Origin: a virus
Strand: one strand, 5' to 3'
Virus record (IMG/VR): IMGVR_UViG_3300045988_086940
DNA length: 33,189 nucleotides
Part shown: piece by piece, positions 7,516-14,419 of the stretch
Numbering within the stretch: the first letter of the stretch is position 1
How the letters are laid out: the number at the start of each line of letters is the position of its first letter
Program-made: the position numbers and the translations under genes
Notes under the pieces: generated by a model
What the model was told of the DNA's origin: nothing
Seen by the model: only the letters and a program-made list of their open reading frames with translations
Database searches by the model: none

Positions 7516-7733
7516 TGAACACAGGAGAAAAGATAGATTACATGATTCAGTGTTTGAAAGTCGCAAAAGCTGAGTATGAGTACACGGCTGATTACATTGC
7601 AAATGAACCGACTGAAGGACAAGAGTTGTGGGAGTTCCTTGATACACACAGAAGTCCAAACAAAGCATTAATTAAGGACAACTTGAAGAATGTGGCAAGA
7701 ATGGGATTCCAGCTTGCGAATGAGGTGAAATGA
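7512..7733 (+). CDS. Hypothetical protein (73 aa)
   Basis: ATGA overlap with the upstream stop. Coupled to the methyltransferase start. Confidence 0.5.
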   Translation: MMNTGEKIDYMIQCLKVAKAEYEYTADYIANEPTEGQELWEFLDTHRSPNKALIKDNLKNVARMGFQLANEVK

Positions 7734-9100
7734 TGAAAGATTTAATCGTAGATTGCTTTGCTGGTGGAGGGGGTGCATCAGTTGGAATCGAGATGGCACT
7801 CGGCAGACCGGTAGACATAGCAATCAACCATGATTCAGACGCTATATTGATGCATAAGACCAACCACCCGAACACACTTCATCTGACCGAGGATATTTTT
7901 AAAGTTAACTTGAAGAAGTATGTAAAAGGACGGCATGTGGCTCTTATGTGGGCGAGTCCAGATTGTACAAGCCATTCCAAAGCAAAGGGCGGTAAGCCAA
8001 GAGAAAAAGGACTTCGGATTCTTCCGTGGGCGGTATACAAACACGCAAAGGAGATTCTTCCAGATGTGGTGCTGATGGAAAATGTGGAAGAAATACAACA
8101 GTGGGGTCCGTTGGACGAAAAAGGTTATCCGATACCGGAGAAAAAAGGTGAGGATTATAAAAAATTCATTACAGCAATGAAGAGCCTCGGGTACCGTTTC
8201 GGTAGTAGAGAATTGATAGCTGCGGACTACGGAGCACCAACCACAAGAAAGAGATGGTATGCAGTATTCCGTAGAGATGGACGGGAAATCAGATGGCCAG
8301 AGCAAACTCACAGTGCTGACGGCATTGGCTTTAAGAAGTGGAAACCTTGTGGAGATTACATTGACTGGTCAGATCTTGGCAGTTCGATATTTGACCGCAA
8401 GAAGCCACTTGCAGAAGCTACACAGAAGAGAATTGCAAACGGCATCAAGAAATACGTTATCGATGCTGAGTCTCCTTATATCGTGAGAAACGGAGAAGCA
8501 TTGGCATACATCATCCAGTATCACGGAGAGACGAGAGCCGGTGATTCAAGAGGACAGCTTTTGACAGAACCGATCAAGACGATTGATACATCGAATAGAT
8601 ATGGACTTGTGACAGCATTTATCACGAAGTATTACAAGACGGGGATTGGACAGGGCTGTGATGAACCATTACATACAATTACGACATCTCCGGGGCATTT
8701 CGGATTGGTATCAACATTTCTGATTAAGTATTACGGCGGTGGGTGCGGACAGACACTGGATAGACCGCTTGATACGATCACAACGAAAGACCGTTTTGGA
8801 CTGGTGAATGTAATCCTGGATATCAAGGGCGAGAAATACATCATATCTGATATCTTTTTGAGGATGCTGAAACCGGAAGAATTAAAGCTGATGCAAGGAT
8901 TCCCAAAGGATTACATTATCGAAAGGGATTACAACTGGAAGAAATATCCGATTGCAAAGCAAGTCGCAAGAATCGGGAACAGTGTTGTGCCAATCATGGC
9001 AGAAAAGCTTGTAGAAGCAAACTGTCCGTATCTGAAAGTCGGTGAGAGAATGCCGAACATGAACATTGATGATACAGAAGAACAATTAAGGTTTGCTTAA
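7730..9100 (+). CDS. dcm: DNA (cytosine-5)-methyltransferase, orphan
   Basis: Motif I DCFAGGGG, motif IV SPDCTSHS, motif VI MENVEE, motif VIII TTRKRWY, motif X RIGNSVVP. No adjacent endonuclease. Confidence 0.9.
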   Translation: MMKDLIVDCFAGGGGASVGIEMALGRPVDIAINHDSDAILMHKTNHPNTLHLTEDIFKVNLKKYVKGRHVALMWASPDCTSHSKAKGGKPREKGLRILPWAVYKHAKEILPDVVLMENVEEIQQWGPLDEKGYPIPEKKGEDYKKFITAMKSLGYRFGSRELIAADYGAPTTRKRWYAVFRRDGREIRWPEQTHSADGIGFKKWKPCGDYIDWSDLGSSIFDRKKPLAEATQKRIANGIKKYVIDAESPYIVRNGEALAYIIQYHGETRAGDSRGQLLTEPIKTIDTSNRYGLVTAFITKYYKTGIGQGCDEPLHTITTSPGHFGLVSTFLIKYYGGGCGQTLDRPLDTITTKDRFGLVNVILDIKGEKYIISDIFLRMLKPEELKLMQGFPKDYIIERDYNWKKYPIAKQVARIGNSVVPIMAEKLVEANCPYLKVGERMPNMNIDDTEEQLRFA

Positions 9101-9118
9101 ATAACAGCACCTTGACAA

Positions 9119-9147
9119 TTGAATATTGATGGTTGGAATGGTATAAT
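9119..9147 (+). promoter_or_regulatory. Strong promoter: TTGAAT, 17-nt spacer, extended -10 TGgTATAAT
   Basis: TTGAAT at 9119-9124, TATAAT at 9142-9147, preceded by tgg. Confidence 0.65.
9121..9136. repeat. Left copy of a perfect 16-bp inverted repeat (gaatattgatggttgg)
   Basis: Its reverse complement ccaaccatcaatattc occurs at 9857-9872. Confidence 0.9.
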
Positions 9148-9182
9148 TTCCGTATAAATTAAATGTACGGGAGGAAATGCCA

Positions 9183-9473
9183 ATGAAAGTAATTATTAGC
9201 CAGATGGTCGTGTTTAATGGGAGTGACAATTTTCCTTATAATTGGAGTAAGACCTATGAATCCAATGTAATTCCACACGTCGGTGATACTATCGAGGACC
9301 CGATTTGGAAAGATCCAGGAGATTATGAGGTAACCGGAGTTACCATTAACTATGATGCGGATGAATGCTATGTAGGTGTAACTGACTACACGCCTGTAAT
9401 CCCGATTGAGCGGAAAGAAGAATTCGGGAAGATGGCAGAATTACACGGATGGAAAGCAAACTGGATGAGATAA
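9183..9473 (+). CDS. Hypothetical moron protein (96 aa)
   Basis: RBS gggagg lies 8 nt before ATG 9183. The ORF track starts at 9177. Confidence 0.55.
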   Translation: MKVIISQMVVFNGSDNFPYNWSKTYESNVIPHVGDTIEDPIWKDPGDYEVTGVTINYDADECYVGVTDYTPVIPIERKEEFGKMAELHGWKANWMR

Positions 9474-9483
9474 GGAGAGAGTC

Positions 9484-9843
9484 ATGGATTATATTAATAA
9501 ACTTTTTGGACAGTATCCATTTATTTATTATATCAACGGGAAATACTATGCGTTTGGAACCAATGTGTGTACAGAATGCAACGGAAAAAGCTTATTATTG
9601 GAATCAAAATATAAAGCGTTTGAGGAAAGCATAAAAAACGATGTGACAGATGAAGAAGCGTGGATAATATTCCATAAATTATCGAGCGAAGCAAGTGGTG
9701 CAGAGACGAAGAGTAATGTTCATGCAAAAGAAGAGTTTGCCAAATTCAATTTTAGCGAAGACGATATAAAAGAGCTGACAAAGCAAATAGAAAGATATAG
9801 GAGTTACTGGTTAGAGCACCATTTAGGAAATCGAGGCAGATAA
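9484..9843 (+). CDS. Hypothetical moron protein (119 aa)
   Basis: RBS aaggagagag. CTECNGK motif. AT-rich codon usage. Confidence 0.55.
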   Translation: MDYINKLFGQYPFIYYINGKYYAFGTNVCTECNGKSLLLESKYKAFEESIKNDVTDEEAWIIFHKLSSEASGAETKSNVHAKEEFAKFNFSEDDIKELTKQIERYRSYWLEHHLGNRGR

Positions 9844-9854
9844 CTGTAAATATT

Positions 9855-9890
9855 TACCAACCATCAATATTCGGTGGTTGGTATTTTTTT
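9855..9890 (+). terminator. Rho-independent terminator
   Basis: Stem taccaacca/tggttggta, 11-nt loop, then a run of 7 T. Confidence 0.8.
9857..9872. repeat. Right copy of the perfect 16-bp inverted repeat
   Basis: ccaaccatcaatattc. Forms the 5' arm and loop of the terminator hairpin. Confidence 0.9.
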
Positions 9891-9919
9891 ACGCATTTTT
9901 AAGGAGAAGAGGTGAAGAA

Positions 9920-10099
9920 ATGAAGAAAATAGCGGTAGCTGCTATGAAGAAACAGATTCCGAAGAGGCCTGTAACATATACACCAACCAATAGAGCAGAT
10001 TGTCCGGTTTGCGGTGAAACAGTTAGAGGAATAGACAAGCCTTATGGAAAATATTGCGGTTGGTGCGGTCAGAGATTGGATTGGAGTGATGAACAGTGA
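9920..10099 (+). CDS. Zinc-ribbon protein (59 aa)
   Basis: CPVCG...CGWCG. RBS aaggagaagaggtg. The track start at 9878 lies inside the terminator. Confidence 0.55.
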   Translation: MKKIAVAAMKKQIPKRPVTYTPTNRADCPVCGETVRGIDKPYGKYCGWCGQRLDWSDEQ

Positions 10100-10365
10100 A
10101 AAGAAGTACAGACACACGCTGGAGTCCTGCGGAAATCCAGCAGAACCAAAAAGAACATTATGCTGATATGGCAGAACATCCGCCGGATCGGAAGGCAAGC
10201 GAGAAGTTTCATCGACCAGCATACCAGGCAGGAAAGTTGATCGAAGCACAGGGGCAGCAGTTGTGGCATGGAGATGTTACTGGATATATAGCCAGAAAAT
10301 ACAAGATAGGGAGTGATACCGTTGGAGACAATGACGAAGGAGAGACTGGAAGCATACCGGAATAA
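10096..10365 (+). CDS. Hypothetical protein (89 aa, GTG start), tentative
   Basis: Fills the gap between neighbours. Start overlaps the upstream stop. Confidence 0.35.
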   Translation: MKRSTDTRWSPAEIQQNQKEHYADMAEHPPDRKASEKFHRPAYQAGKLIEAQGQQLWHGDVTGYIARKYKIGSDTVGDNDEGETGSIPE

Positions 10366-10759
10366 TAAGACAGAGATATTATCCTTGGACTATATTCTTA
10401 ATAACAGGTGGCAATCAGAAACCATGTTGGGAAATGATGTGATCTTAGATTACAGTAAGGGATATCCAATGCCGCAGAGCATAGTTGGTTTTGACCAAGA
10501 AAAATATGAGCGGTTACAAGAACGTGATCTGAAGAGAAAAGAGCGTCTTGAGAAGGAATGTGAAGAGGTGGAGCATTATGTTGAAGGAATCAAAGATGCG
10601 CAGCTACACAACATCTTCAGGATGTATTATATTGATGGTGTCAATGCAGTGAATCAGACAGAGGTAGCGAAGATGATTCATCTTGAGAGAAGTACGATAA
10701 GTAAGAAAATCGACAGATATCTTCAACTTTCACACAAATCACATGAATCACATATATAA
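10331..10759 (+). CDS. Late-gene transcriptional activator, sigma-70 region-4-like HTH (DUF1492/ArpU-RinA-like)
   Basis: N-terminal ERLEAYRNNKTEILSL and C-terminal IFRMYYIDGVNAVNQTEVAKMIHLERSTISKKIDRYL. Sits upstream of the packaging module. Confidence 0.55.
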   Translation: MTKERLEAYRNNKTEILSLDYILNNRWQSETMLGNDVILDYSKGYPMPQSIVGFDQEKYERLQERDLKRKERLEKECEEVEHYVEGIKDAQLHNIFRMYYIDGVNAVNQTEVAKMIHLERSTISKKIDRYLQLSHKSHESHI

Positions 10760-10816
10760 TAATACTTGAGCCAAAGGCTGAATTCCTGCGGCTCGTCCTT
10801 CCGTATATAGAACTTG

Positions 10817-10848
10817 AAAGGCACCTGATAGAATTGGGTGTCCTTTTT
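10817..10848 (+). terminator. Rho-independent terminator (one bulge)
   Basis: aaaggcacc...gggtgtccttttt. Confidence 0.55.
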
Positions 10849-10899
10849 GTATAACGTTATAGAATATTGCTATTAGATGTTTAAATGAAAAGAATATGA

Positions 10900-10928
10900 T
10901 TGACATATTCAAAATAAAAACATATAAT
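10900..10928 (+). promoter_or_regulatory. Consensus sigma-70 promoter TTGACA-17-TATAAT for the hicAB cassette
   Basis: TTGACA at 10900-10905, 17-nt spacer, TATAAT at 10923-10928. Short dyad aacta/tagtt immediately downstream. 12-bp palindrome tataacgttata at 10850-10861. Confidence 0.7.
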
Positions 10929-10970
10929 GTAACTACAAAATAGTTGCAAAAGAGGTGAGAGCCTAAAATA

Positions 10971-11228
10971 ATGAGTAAACTGGATAAAGCGAAAGAAAGA
11001 ATATTATCAAAGCCTAAAGACTATACTTATACTGAGGCAAGATATTTACTTAGCAAACTGGGATTTAAAGAATTTAATAAGGGGAAGACATCCGGGTCAA
11101 GGGTACGATTTTATCGGGAAAGTGATAAAAAAGTAATATTATTACATAAACCACATCCAGAAGATGAAATGGATGCTGGAGCAGTAAAAGATTTGGTTGG
11201 ATTTTTAAAAGAATTGGGTGAGGTGTAA
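10971..11228 (+). CDS. hicA: HicA-family toxin (mRNA interferase)
   Basis: ARYLLSKLGFKEFNKGKTSGSRVRFYRE...ILLHKPHP matches the YcfA/HicA pattern. Confidence 0.8.
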   Translation: MSKLDKAKERILSKPKDYTYTEARYLLSKLGFKEFNKGKTSGSRVRFYRESDKKVILLHKPHPEDEMDAGAVKDLVGFLKELGEV

Positions 11229-11746
11229 TGAAAAACAATGTGCTTGAATACAAGGGGTATCATGCGAAAATAGAGTTTGATACGGAAACATATACACTGC
11301 GTGGAAAAATTGAAGGTATAAATGATTTGGTCAATTTTGAAAGTAGAGATGGCTTAAAAATTGAAAAAGAATTTCATGATGCAGTGGATGACTATTTAGA
11401 GTTTTGTGAAGAGGTTGGGAAAAATCCGGACAAAGAATATAGAGGGGTATTTAATGTTCGAATAAATCCAGAATTGCATAAAAAATTAGCGTTGAAAGCA
11501 TATGCAAATGGAGATTCCTTAAATGCTACAGTTGAGAAAGCAATTCAAGAATATTTAACAGAGTATTCGGAAACAAATATCCAGTTGGAAAAGACGATTA
11601 AAATATTATCAAGTATGTTAGAAACAAAGGGATTATATAATAGAGGGAAAAATATTCCAATAGAAAATGAATCAAAAATTATTCCATTTTTTAATAAAGC
11701 AACAAATGTGAATATGCAATATAAACAAGAGGAGAGAGTGAAGTAA
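11228..11746 (+). CDS. hicB: HicB-family antitoxin with RHH domain and a roughly 60-aa C-terminal extension
   Basis: N-terminal YKGYHAKIEFDTETYTLRGKIEGINDLVNFES. RHH-like FNVRINPELHKKLALKAYANGDSLNATVEKAIQEYL. Extra tail from residue ~111 to 172. Confidence 0.8.
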   Translation: MKNNVLEYKGYHAKIEFDTETYTLRGKIEGINDLVNFESRDGLKIEKEFHDAVDDYLEFCEEVGKNPDKEYRGVFNVRINPELHKKLALKAYANGDSLNATVEKAIQEYLTEYSETNIQLEKTIKILSSMLETKGLYNRGKNIPIENESKIIPFFNKATNVNMQYKQEERVK

Positions 11747-12163
11747 ATGATTGAAAATTTATCAGAGTATTTTTTGCCAGAGCATGAATTTTATTTGCAG
11801 AGTATTTCTTATAATAGGACTGAGAAGGCGATAGAAGGAGAAGAACACTCTTTGAATTGTATTGATAATATTAAGGCAGATGTAGATGGAAATGCAAGTG
11901 TAAGAGTGACAGTTACGAGAGCTTTACATTTTGATCATAATGAATTCTTTGATTTAACAGTTACTTTTGGAGCTATTTTACAGTTTGATCCGGCCAAAAA
12001 AAATGAATATAAATGGCATGAAATAAATATGGCAGAGGAGTTTAGAAAAAACGGTGAATTTGTAACTAGTAATTTAATGTCAAGAATATCGCTATTAATC
12101 GCACAAATAACATCTTCTTTTGGGCAAATGCCGCTAGTTTTACAGCCAAGTGTAGTGAAATAA
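11747..12163 (+). CDS. SecB-like chaperone candidate (third gene of a TAC-type module)
   Basis: By-eye alignment to E. coli SecB. FYLQSISYNRTE matches FQIQRIYTKDISFE. VRVTVTRAL..FFDLTVTFGAILQFD matches LRVTVTASLG..FLCEVQQGGIFSIAG. NLMSRISLLIAQITSSFGQMPLVLQPSVV matches [35 protein letters not shown] junction with hicB. Confidence 0.55.
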   Translation: MIENLSEYFLPEHEFYLQSISYNRTEKAIEGEEHSLNCIDNIKADVDGNASVRVTVTRALHFDHNEFFDLTVTFGAILQFDPAKKNEYKWHEINMAEEFRKNGEFVTSNLMSRISLLIAQITSSFGQMPLVLQPSVVK

Positions 12164-12188
12164 ATGTGAATAAAGTGAAACCTATTTT

Positions 12189-12210
12189 AAGCACCCTCCG
12201 GGGTGCTTTT
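12189..12210 (+). terminator. Rho-independent terminator
   Basis: agcaccc tccg gggtgct followed by tttt. Confidence 0.75.
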
Positions 12211-12227
12211 CTAATACCCAAAATCTT

Positions 12228-12299
12228 GGACCATTAGTTCAGTGGTAGAACATTCGCCTCATAAGCGAAATGTCGTAGGTTCGATTCCTACATGGTCCA
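12228..12299 (+). tRNA. tRNA with CAT anticodon (elongator Met, or Ile2 if lysidine-modified)
   Basis: Full cloverleaf folded by hand: acceptor ggaccat/atggtcc, D arm gttc/gaac, anticodon arm ttcgc-ctCATaa-gcgaa, T arm gtagg-ttcgatt-cctac, discriminator A. CCA is not encoded. Confidence 0.9.
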
Positions 12300-12328
12300 T
12301 GAAATAAACTAGAACAGAGGTGACGACA

Positions 12329-12679
12329 ATGGCAGCAGGAAACCCCAGGAGTGCAAATGGAAACCTTCGAAGAAAGCACAGGGCAAGACTAAAAGCAATC
12401 GGTGCAGAGTGCGGGATCTGCAGGGGCAGGATGGGACCAATCCATTATGATGAGCCGAGTGACAGCAAGCATCCGCTATCCTTTGTGATTGATGAGATCA
12501 GACCAGTGTCCAGATGGCGAGAGTTTGGTTATAGTTCCAGGGAGGCAGCAGCACAGGACTGGAACAACCTTCAGGCGGCGCACTACTGTTGCAATGCAAT
12601 GAAAAGCAATAAAACATTGCAAGAACTGGAGCAGAGACAAAAGACACAAAAAGCGAACATTCTGGATGGAAACTGGTAA
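12329..12679 (+). CDS. HNH endonuclease (packaging-associated)
   Basis: CGIC...H..E......NLQAAHYCCNAMKSNK. Sits immediately upstream of the terminase genes. RBS agaggtg before ATG 12329 (track start is GTG 12320). Confidence 0.8.
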   Translation: MAAGNPRSANGNLRRKHRARLKAIGAECGICRGRMGPIHYDEPSDSKHPLSFVIDEIRPVSRWREFGYSSREAAAQDWNNLQAAHYCCNAMKSNKTLQELEQRQKTQKANILDGNW

Positions 12680-12687
12680 AGAAAACA

Positions 12688-12744
12688 GGGGTGGGGAGGG
12701 ATCCCCGCCAGGCGCCGAAGGCGACCACCGCCGTCCAGCGCCGA
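12688..12744. other. GC-rich block between HNH and terS, candidate cos region
   Basis: ggggtggggagggatccccgccaggcgccgaaggcgaccaccgccgtccagcgccg is roughly 75-80% GC by eye in a ~43% GC genome. Contains the palindrome gggatccc. Confidence 0.45.
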
Positions 12745-12780
12745 TTTACACACAGGAAAATTTTTGAAAGGTGAATTTAG

Positions 12781-13050
12781 ATGGGAAGAGCTAAGAAAAT
12801 GGCAACTGTAACAAGCGAGGGAAGCCGCTTGGAACGCTTGGAAAATTTAGCACTGATTCTCGCAAAACAGATTGATATATGCGCGAAAGATGTTGTTGAT
12901 GGTCCAAAGACAATGCCACAGCTCTCCAGGCAATACAGAGAAACAATCAAAGAAATTGAAGAAATAAAAGGAATGGAGAAAGACGATGACGAAATCGGAG
13001 AAATCCTGTCGGCACGAAAAGCTGATGGGAAGCCAGACACCGTCCGATAG
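12781..13050 (+). CDS. terS: Terminase small subunit (by position; 89 aa)
   Basis: Small helical, charged protein directly upstream of and overlapping TerL. RBS gaaaggtga. Confidence 0.55.
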   Translation: MGRAKKMATVTSEGSRLERLENLALILAKQIDICAKDVVDGPKTMPQLSRQYRETIKEIEEIKGMEKDDDEIGEILSARKADGKPDTVR

Positions 13051-14419
13051 AATTGTTCCGTATTATGCTTATACGGATGGCCCTGATGCGGTAAAAGTGC
13101 TTGCGGTCGGGAAACTGATTGTGGATCCGTGGCAGAGTGAAGTGCTGAATGATTGGATGGGGCGTACAGAGGATGATGTTTGGTCAGCGCCGACATGTGG
13201 CTTATCTGTTCCAAGACAGAACGGGAAAACACTGGATACTTCCGGGCGGATTGCATCCGGAATGATCCTGTATGCAGAATGGGTTATATACACAGCTCAT
13301 CTGCAGAAAACTGCAACAGAAACTTTTATGGAATTGCGCGGCTTGTTTGAAAGCAGAGGACTCCGTAAGTATGTAAAAGAAATTAAGGCGGCACTCGGAA
13401 GAGAACAGATTATTCTAAAAAATGGTGGAAGAGTAGTATTTGTTGCCAGAACCAGGAATGGAGGTCGAGGACTGCACGGTGATTGTCTTGTGTTCGATGA
13501 GGCACAGGAACTTACAAGCGAACAACAGGCTTCATTCCTGCCGGCAATATCAGCATCCAGAAATCCACAGACGATTTATTTGGGAACACCACCGGATGAG
13601 AATTGCACAGGTATAGTATTTCGGAAAATCAGAAAACGGGCAACAGAAGGCGAGAGCAAATCCACGGCCTGGACAGAATATTCCGTGAAAGAGATTGGAG
13701 ATGTTACTGATCGTCGGAGATGGGCGGAGTGCAATCCGGCATTAGGGCGCAGAATGACAGAAACAACCATAGCTGCAGAGTGTGAGCAGATGGATGCGGA
13801 CACATTTGCAAGAGAGCGTCTTGGCTGGTGGTCGCCAATCAATAATGATCAGGATTACGCAATTGATAAGAAGAAATGGGAAGCGTGTGCTTCAGAAAAA
13901 GAAAAGCCGGAAGGGAAAACTGCTTATGGCGTAAAGTTTTCTTCTGATGGTTCGGCGGTAGCATTATGCGGAGCTGTTTGTCCGGAGGTAGGGGAAGCGA
14001 GAATTTCGCTGATCGAGCTAAAAGCAACTGACAGAGGAATCCAGTGGCTTGCAGACTGGTTGAATCAGAGATATAAGATGGCGAGCTGTGTGGTGATCGA
14101 TGGAAGAAATGGAGTTGACTTCTTGATAGAGAAGATAACACCGGTGTGGAAATATAAGCAGTCAATTGTTCGACCGGCAGCAAAAGAAGTGATAGCAGCG
14201 GCGAGTCAGCTATCACAGGAAATCAATGAACAGACTGTAACATGGTATAAATACCAAGAAATACTGAATGAGTCGGCAATTACGTCTGTAAAAAGACCGA
14301 TTTCCGGTGGCTGGGGATTTGGTGGAGAAAACTCGATCCCGATTGAAGCAGCAGCACTTGCACTTTGGGGATGCAGAACATCGAAACGAAATCCGAACAG
14401 AAAGATGAGGATAGGATAA
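12986..14419 (+). CDS. terL: Terminase large subunit
   Basis: Walker A VPRQNGKT, Walker B CLVFDEAQEL, C-terminal nuclease-sized domain. RBS ggagaaagacg before ATG 12986. Confidence 0.85.
   Translation: MTKSEKSCRHEKLMGSQTPSDRIVPYYAYTDGPDAVKVLAVGKLIVDPWQSEVLNDWMGRTEDDVWSAPTCGLSVPRQNGKTLDTSGRIASGMILYAEWVIYTAHLQKTATETFMELRGLFESRGLRKYVKEIKAALGREQIILKNGGRVVFVARTRNGGRGLHGDCLVFDEAQELTSEQQASFLPAISASRNPQTIYLGTPPDENCTGIVFRKIRKRATEGESKSTAWTEYSVKEIGDVTDRRRWAECNPALGRRMTETTIAAECEQMDADTFARERLGWWSPINNDQDYAIDKKKWEACASEKEKPEGKTAYGVKFSSDGSAVALCGAVCPEVGEARISLIELKATDRGIQWLADWLNQRYKMASCVVIDGRNGVDFLIEKITPVWKYKQSIVRPAAKEVIAAASQLSQEINEQTVTWYKYQEILNESAITSVKRPISGGWGFGGENSIPIEAAALALWGCRTSKRNPNRKMRIG

Noticed and set aside
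12777-13256. 159-aa minus-strand ORF across terS/terL (and 12498..12728 across the HNH end and GC-rich block)
   Set aside because: Opposite to well-supported packaging genes. The second is kept open only by the GC-rich spacer. No motifs.
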